From a virus, in IMG/VR virus record IMGVR_UViG_3300030333_008604, positions 32,001 to 96,000 of that record: a stretch of 64,000 nt of DNA; one strand, 5' to 3'. The position numbers and the translations under genes were made by a program. Position 1 is the first letter of the stretch; each line of letters opens with the position of its first letter. The notes under the pieces were generated by a model. That model was not told where the DNA came from. It saw nothing but the letters and a program-made list of their open reading frames with translations, and ran no database searches. This document shows, one piece after another, positions 28,101 through 36,686 of this stretch.

Positions 28101-31100
28101 AACTCCTTGCGTCAAATGCAATTACAGAGATTTTTTCTTCTCCATCAATTTCGGGACAGCCCTCTTTTGACGCTATTGCCTCTTTGGCTGACGAGCTTTC
28201 TGCCACTCAGCTAGATAGGATGCTTATTTATCAAAATCGCCTGGTACCAAAAGAAAAGACCTACAATCAACTCTTAGGCAGTTTGCGTGACGATTCGATG
28301 CTAGTAAAAGGAAAAATTGCGCCAGACGATAGCGCCTACGGGAAAAACGAAGGTAATTCGTCTTATTCTTCATACCCAATAAGATTTTCTGAAAAAATTA
28401 GAGATTCAATTTATAATTTTGATTTACTTGGAAGCAAGCTAGATGCAGATGTTCTTGAATTGCTTGATTCGATGTCGCTCTCTAACTCAGAAATGGTGCA
28501 CGATTCTAACAAAGAGTTATATAATTCTTACTTGTACGGGGATAGCAGTTGGGCTCAACAGGGAAAACATTACGACGACATCATACCAGCCGGCATGCCG
28601 CATCACACCGCCGTCGGCCAAGGTTCAAAAATACACAAAAGTCTGTGGTGGCCCACAACTGATCCTGCTGATATAGGACTCTTCGATAGCCCCCTCTCCT
28701 ATGCCAAGGAAAATTACAATTTTAAAGCTCATATTTTTGGAAAATTTTTAACAGAAAAACTTTTTCAATTTATTGATAATCATCCTCCTATAGATGGGGA
28801 TGATCAAGACAACCCAAAATACATACGTAATCCGACTGAGATGACAGTCGGCAAAAACACTTTCAAGAACAGGATAATGTATCTTCTGTCTACCCACGGC
28901 TATTCAGCCTTACAGTACGCATATTCATCACGCGCTTTTTCAAAAGTCGCCAACTCAAGGTTACATAAAAGAAAGCACATGAAGATGTTGTGGAAAGCAA
29001 TTCTTAAAACGCCACTAAACACTAGTATTGATCCTCGTTGCACGACAAAGTTTAAGCAACTAGGAATTACCCCCGCCCCCGGCGAAGGCGAAATTGAAAC
29101 TGATTTTTGGAATATAGAGGCAGTAAAAACTTCGATTCTGGAATATTATGAAAAATCTGTATGTAGAGACATATACGATGGTCAAGCTAATGCGATTAAT
29201 GCAACGCAACGCTCGCTTCTAGAAGGCGCTCTTCAAATGCTGGTGCGAATATATGTTTTGGAAGTTTGTTTGGCCGGCGTTGTGACTTGGGAAGCGTTTG
29301 ATATTGGCGACCTGTTTAAAGAAAAAATAATGAAGCAAGTTGTTGTCGCGCACATGCAAGAAGAAATTGGCGCAGACCAGTTTGATTTCTTTGTACAGTT
29401 TTTCGACAGTGCGCTCAAGAAAAAAGAAAATATTGATGTTTTGGTAAAATATTTGAGCGATAACAATATTAGTTCTTTAGAGTATGTTATAGAAAAAGAA
29501 GCCGAGTCAATTGGTTCAATAATTTCCACTTTGTTTACAAACCCTTCGGTAAAGCCACTGTCGACAGGCATGTCGTTAAAGACTGTCAATGCTAGATCTC
29601 CAGATCTTTCTGAAACCTTGGCAGACATGTACGATCAGCCGCTCTTTCAATCATCAAATTTTAACTTTTATAACAGCAATAAAGAAAACATATTTAATAC
29701 TCTCCATGGTTCTGGCGGTGATTATGATGATGCACCATACACTCAGAGAAACGACTTTGATGAAAACTTCCTCAAGCCTGTTGAGGATGCTAACAATCGA
29801 GGCGAGTATTGGGGCGCCAAGCGCAGAGCTACTGCTTTGAAAATAGGACAAAATGCTGCAGCAGCTTCCTCAAACCCATGGAACAGCGATTACGTTGTTG
29901 ATGTTAATTTAACTAACAACATATACACTCTCTGCAACAATAATAATAATTTTTATGCGCCATACTATGATGCTTCGGATGCCGTCGCACTAGACGGAAA
30001 TATTTTTGGAAACGGCACACTTGATTTAAATCAAACAAATTATTTTCAATCCATACCGTACGGCTATTATGGAAAAGAAAGTAACGACAAATCAGGTTTG
30101 CCTTTCGGAGATTTTCGATCTTTAGGCCCATGGGACCATCAAAAGGGCAAGTATAATTTTAACCACCCAGATTTTAATCATCCCGGCGAACTCTATGCAA
30201 AAACTCTTCAACATGTTGATAAATTCCGGCTAGCCGGAAGTGAGAGTGACATAGACGGCCTAGGCGTCTCACAAGACAGACCGATTATGGAACCATATAA
30301 TCTTACGTTTGACGGCGAGGGGACATCCGGAGGTTTTTCGTGGGACGATTATTCAGATGGAGGTGATTGGCACAAAGTTAAGTCGATTCAAAAAGCGCAT
30401 CGTGCAATTAGCAGTGATCCTTTCGCTTTTGAACAGTGTCCCCACCTAACATTCCGCAATAACTTGAATGCAAAAGTAGGAAATATTCTTTTTCAAACAT
30501 ATGTTTTTATTGAAGATGCTGATGCAAGCGATAGAGAAAATATATACATTACAGTTGATGAAGAAACTGTCTCCTGTTCACCAACACCAGGCGGTACTCC
30601 TTTAACTGATATTTTAGGCTCTGATCCGTTTTTAGATTTCGCTCGCCGCGGCCGCACAAACTTACCTGGCCGCGACGGCACTGCGGAAGATCGCCAAGGC
30701 GACCGCGGCAATGCATCCCCCAAGCCAAGGACAGGTCCTCACATATTTGGATATGTTCCAATCCCGGTCTGGAGTCATTTTTATAATCATATTGTTATGC
30801 CTGTTATAAATTCTAATAGTGTCTACAAGGCTGTTTTTCAAAAATATGGCCTCAGTCCATTCTTCAGAAAAATAAAATATGGAATTAGAATGACGTATAC
30901 GTGTCACTACCCTGTGATCCCGCGCGGCAAAGGCTATTCGACTGATACTGATTATTCTTATGATCCAATTCAAGAGGTTGATTTTAAACTTGATGAAGAT
31001 GGCGAAGAGACAGCTCAATGGAATCCCGCCGTAGACCATGGCGATGTAAATTATGTTCATAATATGGCTAAACTTTGCGGCCAGGACGTATTGGAGAGAA

Positions 31101-32539
31101 CAAAGAGCATTTTACAGACAGCGCCATATGTTTTACACGCAGATGAAGATTCTGATCAACTAGATGGCACTTCGGTTATTCCGATGATGCACGAAATGCA
31201 CATTCCAATCCATCAAGTGGAGAAAGAGATTATTTTAACCCCCAATGGCGTGCACCTTGAAGACGGGCTACGCGTTCCTTATCTGAGTGTTGATGGTAAG
31301 GCTACTGCATATGGGCACATGCCGGGTGTTAAGATGTTTGGCAGCGCTCCTTTCCAATTTGTAAGCCCAATTAGCGAATTTCAAAGCTCTGCCACCAAAG
31401 GCCACCAGCAGACGCTCATAAAAACACCCGCACAGTTTTTCTATCGTTTCGTTGCGCAAGATTTACTGCAGGAAATGCAGAATTCTGCAGAATTTAAGCT
31501 GATGTTTGATTATTTATTCCCTCAACGTAGGTATATGGCGCTAGCCTTCTTATTCTCTAGTGATCTTCTAATCAAGTGGATACCGGACCAGAAAAATCTC
31601 TTGAAAAAGACAAAAAGAGGACTAATGCAATCGATTGAAGGAATTATAGCGGCCCAAGATGGCACATATCAGCCTCCTTTTAACCCAATTGCAGCAGATA
31701 TGATAGCAAATCAAACAGGTACCCGAGGCCTAGACGTTCCAGAAGAAGAAATCGACATATTAAAGATAATACTCCGCACCCCTCTTTTGATTTTAAAGGG
31801 TTTTGTAGAAATTACAGATCCTGCAATTATGATTGCTAAGCTTATAATTGATATTGCGAATGCCATCCAGCAAGCGGTAGTCATGGCTATCGAATCTGGA
31901 GTGAACATGGCCATTCAAGGCCTTGATGGTTCAATTATGGCTGCTGAGCAGGCGAAAGTAACAATGACCACTCAAATGGCCATCGGCGGATCCGCAATGC
32001 AGGGTGCTGCGGCCATGTTGCCAGAAGAAGTATCAGCCGGCGTTAAAGTTGAGACTGATTCTCCAAATGCCGCGAACTGGGTCTTTGAAGTAAATCAAGA
32101 TGAGATGGATGATGAAATTTTCCCCCTTCCAGAAGACGAGCAGGCTGCTTTAGACAACATATCTCAGTCAGCCCAAGACATGACCACGCTGGTGCAAGCA
32201 TTCAAAGATCTAGATGAAAGCCTTGATGCGCTTCGGGAACAAAAGAAAGATCTTGAAGATTACAGAGACGGAGAGCTGGCAGATGCAAAAGACGAACTAA
32301 ATAAAACTTTACAGTCTCCGTATGCTCTGCCTTCATTGTGGGCTGCAATGATGCCTTCTTGGGTGCCTTATTATGGCGGCCTACCTCCTGTCAATCCGCT
32401 CATTACAGGCTGGGGCCCTCCAGGCACCATTCCTGGTTATATATATCTTGCGCTACTACTTATGGATATATGGGAAGATAAACTTCACGATGACATTACA
32501 AACGCCAAAAACGGCCCTAATTGCGAGGAGGTATTATAA
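22184..32539 (+). CDS. Giant virion-associated protein (3451 aa), function unknown
   Basis: Uninterrupted 10.3 kb ORF between spike and gp25; long helical segments and a hydrophobic/coiled-coil C-terminus. Confidence 0.8.
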   Translation: MVDTTKFIDPPPPEQTPYASIMPTDASLESVFALPVHATHYVGQLAGPAQSQGARKHPYLPVRLAPHSYSPALKLGWDDRGYHLLNNEGQLVTDQHGNDASNGIEVNVGTGVFVTEIVQSDTGLWVGFVIEDTDISTELITKWTSNWTQILYTRPEYLRARTGGLVGTNLIPFSNTFYGVARGADAKIADAAKAIAPGKNDNWEKIENNDVIMSYFNFTEYNKERLGDKLKISTGLIKQDPRLRYSEGYYYFVVTEGVRKNAAQLYTQEMIDSGVVLSSEAQAQLLSAKESERLLTEDNIKKVAVDVLLEYHNKDVNRIETRAALQGSGLDPGLLVSVAKKLKVQGPNPNNQKILFAAPASVIDGAMDTNNPYNDNFSKSEETSALNLLDPYEEFRTSGSKDYVFTISLKELRNTCKEIAALFDKFKKQVESFESSGGIIKNPNHVSYDVDSQIKSIETFPDVIDRFLRKQPFPSTSDQENLAMAHFPPATDTEHDHILQIGLRDNGKVGGDVRNTISFIVFSPDPEDLKTWESDELYQIDPNISQDEIQGELPVRRSGYVLKKGMNWLRNQFVGIEASRTLHYIMSYKNLLTYGSEAKKEGKTDKWIKFLQAYSVPPFLIWTTKDPTHQPGEDVDCEELVKKLKEMPAVMNEEQKRFEEEVLSKCRKYIASQRKNTSAADQRVQKKNLQDGYLAAESAAGSETIDALKYLYKIFLHELDVPTLMELLMACIQSKIGMDLTAEALCEAAMIKMVEQVGVEKFKGTLLKFMPELAPYFSGGDSYVDSVIGEDAAKILKDLEENNATPSNKGTNTADAPWMFTVDSLDEGWRLDSRFDGAPVATGLVLGGSAPPHVVHAVMSLEKGGTGVELVPGPRKPHEVLPSGNTQASEVWDALLKAGSEFSQLVEGGDFYSWAEINELRKSYISQGHTRKSADALLVEQGYLVPRTVEYGSAIDTFSDAMEKFSDSMNYHGAGATADAFRTAGSALAQAKYFVKYLGSITDIRQACENIVGPLLELPQMLLAESDPSQFDELFSEWGSDFVNRFSKQFTPKIPKLKLPDSLPVGYPMDQYTKMVLKAVIAILAAVLGKLLHLFLLDLINTCFEEDPSEGEGPTFGAPTVPPDVIPLADLRQRARLGPTTAPLEIARYLQDLISSCSPAQLCALMKGTASTQLSQSLVERTRQHWPNIYAAGIGDSVPDINKIFKDIGEDFNLDICNFLNAKPNVDVDACQNAIFDYDERCNELQQAGLTPEECQEHISQELESLKNKILGLADWTLPGQPTTFQQAVPEPCGPDGYFQLPSATKDSMARVTDTILDYTKINLLSDLDNMQFFLMPPRAIQAIQSPDQLDEAHQIMVDALHTNKPLSPLVLVPGNKYFGGSTFSGRNEDQSGYAFDGSEHQGRGYNLFYGNHRMSAGDYAAGGGHSYNSYRSPERSGTEYWQKDPTFGDTNNPSFLKIDYLFAGAHLGGLTNSTAGQNRIRDDIRRMWENKDEVIYPTAEGAPERTLGQFLTTWGIETTWGTAINGGTWKNPTSPDQTFYKNDLTAAKYQQVVIKNISFGDGPADANGMPVPPSPNAVDFVYTFDLWRFFVKMKGELSTFTKSGKQNGPFGLPEAVNTYGQDIFTKVWPLDTKLKDIYPGIHPTKITHRPNNGVATSRWALGWHGMFSRFIGIGGMKGDTVADKWDDEDLTGNIDLERFKQGANGAFGINPIAYITMEHDEASLGVSGTNFGDRKSYDLLGVPWSEDLFDEGYDTLDNRPVVHSKSGDRFWSDGLIFLLEKLKSYPVGTHLMEVFMDLTVAEATGLTHERISRLYPNWPSINTLVGGTGGVVFANHHSYPADKDHESWRQLSSDDEARGGFGPWHQGIKPMFIAFEVPFRNLDSPLEDAQGVLDTMTMDNQPINKQLYEYLNVINDGDDLFQKSLGFKKSPGRTDIQQDAARIERNHNFNPNILSYPMNYTSFLGSSTQSKELLASNAITEIFSSPSISGQPSFDAIASLADELSATQLDRMLIYQNRLVPKEKTYNQLLGSLRDDSMLVKGKIAPDDSAYGKNEGNSSYSSYPIRFSEKIRDSIYNFDLLGSKLDADVLELLDSMSLSNSEMVHDSNKELYNSYLYGDSSWAQQGKHYDDIIPAGMPHHTAVGQGSKIHKSLWWPTTDPADIGLFDSPLSYAKENYNFKAHIFGKFLTEKLFQFIDNHPPIDGDDQDNPKYIRNPTEMTVGKNTFKNRIMYLLSTHGYSALQYAYSSRAFSKVANSRLHKRKHMKMLWKAILKTPLNTSIDPRCTTKFKQLGITPAPGEGEIETDFWNIEAVKTSILEYYEKSVCRDIYDGQANAINATQRSLLEGALQMLVRIYVLEVCLAGVVTWEAFDIGDLFKEKIMKQVVVAHMQEEIGADQFDFFVQFFDSALKKKENIDVLVKYLSDNNISSLEYVIEKEAESIGSIISTLFTNPSVKPLSTGMSLKTVNARSPDLSETLADMYDQPLFQSSNFNFYNSNKENIFNTLHGSGGDYDDAPYTQRNDFDENFLKPVEDANNRGEYWGAKRRATALKIGQNAAAASSNPWNSDYVVDVNLTNNIYTLCNNNNNFYAPYYDASDAVALDGNIFGNGTLDLNQTNYFQSIPYGYYGKESNDKSGLPFGDFRSLGPWDHQKGKYNFNHPDFNHPGELYAKTLQHVDKFRLAGSESDIDGLGVSQDRPIMEPYNLTFDGEGTSGGFSWDDYSDGGDWHKVKSIQKAHRAISSDPFAFEQCPHLTFRNNLNAKVGNILFQTYVFIEDADASDRENIYITVDEETVSCSPTPGGTPLTDILGSDPFLDFARRGRTNLPGRDGTAEDRQGDRGNASPKPRTGPHIFGYVPIPVWSHFYNHIVMPVINSNSVYKAVFQKYGLSPFFRKIKYGIRMTYTCHYPVIPRGKGYSTDTDYSYDPIQEVDFKLDEDGEETAQWNPAVDHGDVNYVHNMAKLCGQDVLERTKSILQTAPYVLHADEDSDQLDGTSVIPMMHEMHIPIHQVEKEIILTPNGVHLEDGLRVPYLSVDGKATAYGHMPGVKMFGSAPFQFVSPISEFQSSATKGHQQTLIKTPAQFFYRFVAQDLLQEMQNSAEFKLMFDYLFPQRRYMALAFLFSSDLLIKWIPDQKNLLKKTKRGLMQSIEGIIAAQDGTYQPPFNPIAADMIANQTGTRGLDVPEEEIDILKIILRTPLLILKGFVEITDPAIMIAKLIIDIANAIQQAVVMAIESGVNMAIQGLDGSIMAAEQAKVTMTTQMAIGGSAMQGAAAMLPEEVSAGVKVETDSPNAANWVFEVNQDEMDDEIFPLPEDEQAALDNISQSAQDMTTLVQAFKDLDESLDALREQKKDLEDYRDGELADAKDELNKTLQSPYALPSLWAAMMPSWVPYYGGLPPVNPLITGWGPPGTIPGYIYLALLLMDIWEDKLHDDITNAKNGPNCEEVL

Positions 32540-32938
32540 ATGGAGGGAATTGGAGCACGCCTACCACTAACTAGAAGCACAGAATATGGTGTTTATGACT
32601 TGGTGACCTCTTATCATGAGGAAGTAAGACAGAATTTTAAAAATCTCTTATTGACATCCCCCGGCGAACGAATTATGAACCCTTCCTTTGGTGTTGGAGT
32701 GCGAAGGTTTTTGTTTGAGCAACGAGATGAGATATTACCATCGCTTCATTCGCGCATCGAGGAGCAGGTCGAAACTTACATGCCGTATATAACCGTAAAC
32801 AACATTATTTTTGATCACGATAACCCAAATCCTAGCGAGCTTGTTGATAGGCATATCGTGTCGGTTTCCATTGAATATGAGATTCCAGATTTTAATTTAT
32901 CTTCTTCTATAACAATTACTACAAGTGGGATAACATAG
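32540..32938 (+). CDS. Baseplate wedge / sheath initiator, GPW/gp25 family
   Basis: VRQNFKNLLLTSPGERIMNPSFGVGVRRFLFE...YMPYITV signature. Confidence 0.92.
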   Translation: MEGIGARLPLTRSTEYGVYDLVTSYHEEVRQNFKNLLLTSPGERIMNPSFGVGVRRFLFEQRDEILPSLHSRIEEQVETYMPYITVNNIIFDHDNPNPSELVDRHIVSVSIEYEIPDFNLSSSITITTSGIT

Positions 32939-32939
32939 C

Positions 32940-34736
32940 ATGGCAAAGGATAGTAAAAAATTAATACGATACACAAACAGAGATTTTGATAGTATTAAAG
33001 ACGGCTTACTTCAGTATGCTAAAAGATATTATCCAAATGTCCATAAAGACTTTTCAGAGGCATCGTTTGGATCGATGATGCTGGACACCGTAGCCTATGT
33101 TGGGGATGTTCTTTCTTTTTATCTAGACTATCAAGCCAACGAATCGTTTGTCGATACTGCGATAGAATATGATAATGTATTGAGGTTAGGTCAACAGGTT
33201 GGATACAAAGAGGCCCTTCGCGCAAACGCGTTTGGTCTAGTTTCATTATATGTATTGGTGCCTTCTGATCCGGTAGGCACCGGTCCCGATTCAAACTATA
33301 TACCAATTTTAGCAAAAGACACAAAAGTATCAACTCCGGGCGGCAACATCTTTACTTTAATTGAAAATGTAGATTTTTCTAATCCTAACAATGAGGTTGT
33401 GGTCGCAACTAGCGACTCAGACGATGGCTCACCCACTTCTTTTGCGATTAAGGCTTACGGAAAAGTAATGTCTGGAGAATTAAAAGAAGAGTTTTACACA
33501 GTTGGGGATTTTGCAAGATTTTTAAATGTTCCCTTGGGAGACGCAAACATAACAGAAGTGGTGTCGGTGACAGACACCGAGGGGCACGAATATTTTGAAG
33601 TGCCGTATTTGTCTCAAGACACTGTTTTTCGAAGTGTCGTAAACAAGGATAGCAACACCAGAGAGCGCGTACCAAGCGTTCTGGTTGCAACGTCAGTCCC
33701 GCGACGATACACTGTCTTTGTCGAGTCAGGTCGCACTAATCTTAAGTTTGGATATGGCTCAGAATCTTCCTTAAAGTCTGATTTAATGACTCACCCTTCT
33801 AATGTTGTTTTAAAAATGCATGGTCGTGATTATGAAACAGACAACTCCTTTGATCCATCAAAACTACTAGAGAGCGACAAGTTTGGAATCGCTCCAGCCA
33901 ACACGACCTTAAGGATTGTTTATCGGTCTAATACAAATAAAAAAGCGAACGCCCCGGTGAAAACTTTAACGAATATCAGCAACACTTTATTGATTTTTGG
34001 CGACCAAGCAACAAACCAAACAAAAGTTAACTTTGTAAAAGATAGCCTGGAGTGTATTAACGAGGAACCAGTCGTTGGAGACGTCTCTCCCCCTTCTCTT
34101 GAAGAATTAAGGCAGCGCGTAAACGATACTTTTGCAACCCAAAACAGGGCAGTTACTGCTGACGATTATATTGCACTGGTTTATAGAATGCCCGGACAGT
34201 TTGGTAAAATTAAAAGAGCAAAATTAATCCGCGATCACGACTCTTTTAAGAAAAATTTGAATCTGTATGTTGTTTCGGAAGATTCGGAGCAAAATTTAAT
34301 TCAGAGTAGCACAATATTAAAAAACAATATCAAAACTTGGATTAACCAATATAGAATGATTAATGATACAGTGGATATTCTGGATGCTCGAATATTTAAT
34401 ATTGGTATAAATTTCACCGCGGTTGTAAATTACGACCAGGAAAAGTTTGAAGCACTGAACATCGCACTGACAACCCTGCAAGAGATGTTCGTTGAGAAGT
34501 TTGATGTTGGCCAACCAATATACATCACCAAAATATATGATGTTTTAAACCAGCTTGATGAAATAGTTGACGTTGTGGACGTTGAGATTGTCAACAAGAC
34601 CGGTGGTTTGTATTCAGATAACAGTTTGGATTTAAATCACTTTACTTCTGCTGACGGTCGCATACTTTATGCTCCCGAGAATGCTATTTATGAGTTTAAA
34701 TATCCAGATTTAGATTTTCAAGGAACCATAAGATAA
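32940..34736 (+). CDS. Baseplate wedge protein, T4 gp6 / baseplate J family
   Basis: YTNRDFDSIK, DFSEASFGSMMLD..AYVGDVLSFYLDYQANE, LKFGYG, QNRAVTADDY. Confidence 0.9.
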   Translation: MAKDSKKLIRYTNRDFDSIKDGLLQYAKRYYPNVHKDFSEASFGSMMLDTVAYVGDVLSFYLDYQANESFVDTAIEYDNVLRLGQQVGYKEALRANAFGLVSLYVLVPSDPVGTGPDSNYIPILAKDTKVSTPGGNIFTLIENVDFSNPNNEVVVATSDSDDGSPTSFAIKAYGKVMSGELKEEFYTVGDFARFLNVPLGDANITEVVSVTDTEGHEYFEVPYLSQDTVFRSVVNKDSNTRERVPSVLVATSVPRRYTVFVESGRTNLKFGYGSESSLKSDLMTHPSNVVLKMHGRDYETDNSFDPSKLLESDKFGIAPANTTLRIVYRSNTNKKANAPVKTLTNISNTLLIFGDQATNQTKVNFVKDSLECINEEPVVGDVSPPSLEELRQRVNDTFATQNRAVTADDYIALVYRMPGQFGKIKRAKLIRDHDSFKKNLNLYVVSEDSEQNLIQSSTILKNNIKTWINQYRMINDTVDILDARIFNIGINFTAVVNYDQEKFEALNIALTTLQEMFVEKFDVGQPIYITKIYDVLNQLDEIVDVVDVEIVNKTGGLYSDNSLDLNHFTSADGRILYAPENAIYEFKYPDLDFQGTIR

Positions 34737-36664
34737 TGGGTATTAAAAAATATTATGCCATACGAGACAACACGATTACAAATGCGTTTGATTTAAATCT
34801 TGCAACCCGCGGGACAGGCTCGAACATGGGCGCTGCGGATATTTTAGAAGTTTTTTCTATCTATGGGCAAAATACAACTTCATCGGCAGAGCTTTCGCGC
34901 GTTTTAATTCAGTTTCCTGTCACTTCTGCATCTGGAATCAAGGAAGACAGAGCAAGCGGCATCTTACCTGCATCTGGCAGTGTTAGTTTTTATTTAAGAA
35001 TGTTTAACGCTCGACATTCTGAGCAACTGCCCTCTAAAGCTAAATTAAACATTCTAGCAGTTTCTTCTTCTTGGCAAGAAGGCTATGGCTTAGACATGGA
35101 AGGCTACAGCGACAAGACAAAAGGAACTATTGACGGCTCAAATTGGATGCGCGCTCAACGAAACGATATTTCTGCGACTGGGAAGTTAATACTTCAAGGT
35201 GGTGCGAACAAAGCAACAATGCATAATCAAACTTTTACTTTGACTGATACTGCTGGCACAAGCCAGGAGTTTACATTTACCATTTCCAACGATACGGTTA
35301 CTGGTGGTACAATTGGCATGTCCAGCGACTCAAACACAACAGCTATCATAGATTCCATCAAGTCAGCAATCAATAACGTAACTTCTTTAAAAATAACTGC
35401 AGGAACTGCGGTACCAACAGGGGACGCAGATTCAGAAATGACGCTCCCTTTGACACAAGACGACACAGGCATAGCTGGAAACACGGCGATAGATGTAAGC
35501 AGCGTTGCACATTTAACATCAGTGCCTTTTTCTGGAGGCCATGGCCTTTGGGCCAAAGCCGGCGGCGATTATCACACATCTCGGGAAGAAGCTCACCACT
35601 CTGCAGTGATCTATTCTGCCGATTTTGAAGAAGGAACGGAAGATCTTGAGATCGATGTTTCTGAGTTGGTTGAACAGTGGATAAAAGGCCCATCATCAAC
35701 TGGAAAAGAAGATTACGGTTTTGGTATATTTTTAACATCTAGCCAAGAGGCTTATCAATCAAATGCAAGTAGTGCAGACGAGGACGAGATTCTTCACAAT
35801 CCAGGAGGCTCGACAACATCATTCTATACTAAAAGATTCTTTTCAAGATCTAGTGAGTTCTTTTTCAAAAGACCTGTTATAGAAGCGCGTTGGGATTCTA
35901 GAGTGCTCGACGATAGAAATAATTTTTATGCTAGTAGTAATTTGCTGAGTACTGCAGACAACACCTACAAGCTCTACATGTACAACTATGTGCGTGGCGT
36001 TTTGAAAGATGTGCCAAGCTATGCATCCGGCGCGATATCTGTAAGAGTATACCCCAGCTCGAACGATGTACCTCAGGAGTATGAAGATGAAAGTAAATCA
36101 AATCATTTAGCTCAATTTACAGCCACAAAAGAATCCACAGGTATATACTTTGCTGAGGTCAAGCTTGACACTACGTCTTCTGTCTTGCATGATGTCTGGT
36201 ATAAAACTGCTGACATAGCGGTGCAATACAGGACCGGCTCTTTACCAGTCAAGACTCACTCCCCTTTGGTGTCCGACGATTATTCAGAGTATGCGTCAAA
36301 AATAACTAATTTAAAACCAAAGTACACCAACAAAGAGACAGCGAGATTTAGAGTTTTCACTCGACCTAGAAATCATGACTACACGGTGTATTCTGTCGCC
36401 TCAAAAGAAATAGATGGCGTAACCATACCTTCTGCCTCTTTTCAAATATTGAGAATGGTAGATAGAGAGACGATTATTGAGCATGGAACAGGTAGTAGCG
36501 ATTATCATACTTACTTGTCTTATGACAATTCTGGTAGTTATTTTGATCTAGATATGAATATGCTTGAGAAAGGCTATATGTATGGCATCAAGCTGGCATA
36601 TTATACTTCTGCCGGCTGGCGAGACCAAGAAGAGGTGTTTAAATTTAGAGTGGAAGATAATTAA
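34736..36664 (+). CDS. Baseplate-associated structural protein (DNRLRE-like beta-sandwich with inserted domain)
   Basis: DNTITN...SRVLIQF...WQEGYG...IDVSELVEQWI...YGFGI...RPVIEARWD pattern; TAATG-coupled to gp6. Confidence 0.6.
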   Translation: MGIKKYYAIRDNTITNAFDLNLATRGTGSNMGAADILEVFSIYGQNTTSSAELSRVLIQFPVTSASGIKEDRASGILPASGSVSFYLRMFNARHSEQLPSKAKLNILAVSSSWQEGYGLDMEGYSDKTKGTIDGSNWMRAQRNDISATGKLILQGGANKATMHNQTFTLTDTAGTSQEFTFTISNDTVTGGTIGMSSDSNTTAIIDSIKSAINNVTSLKITAGTAVPTGDADSEMTLPLTQDDTGIAGNTAIDVSSVAHLTSVPFSGGHGLWAKAGGDYHTSREEAHHSAVIYSADFEEGTEDLEIDVSELVEQWIKGPSSTGKEDYGFGIFLTSSQEAYQSNASSADEDEILHNPGGSTTSFYTKRFFSRSSEFFFKRPVIEARWDSRVLDDRNNFYASSNLLSTADNTYKLYMYNYVRGVLKDVPSYASGAISVRVYPSSNDVPQEYEDESKSNHLAQFTATKESTGIYFAEVKLDTTSSVLHDVWYKTADIAVQYRTGSLPVKTHSPLVSDDYSEYASKITNLKPKYTNKETARFRVFTRPRNHDYTVYSVASKEIDGVTIPSASFQILRMVDRETIIEHGTGSSDYHTYLSYDNSGSYFDLDMNMLEKGYMYGIKLAYYTSAGWRDQEEVFKFRVEDN

Positions 36665-36686
36665 ATAAGAATGCTGGGAACATACC

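Noticed and set aside
22184-32539. Classical tape measure protein
   Set aside because: No regular aromatic-spaced repeats or adjacent tail chaperone/tube genes, and large non-helical regions; not excluded but unsupported.
32540-32938. Lysozyme activity for gp25
   Set aside because: The lysozyme label for this family is a legacy annotation; it is a structural sheath-initiation subunit.
16919-36664. Bacterial extracellular contractile injection system or T6SS
   Set aside because: Flanked by phage sigma factor, resolvase and primase; no Afp15-like ATPase or T6SS membrane complex seen.
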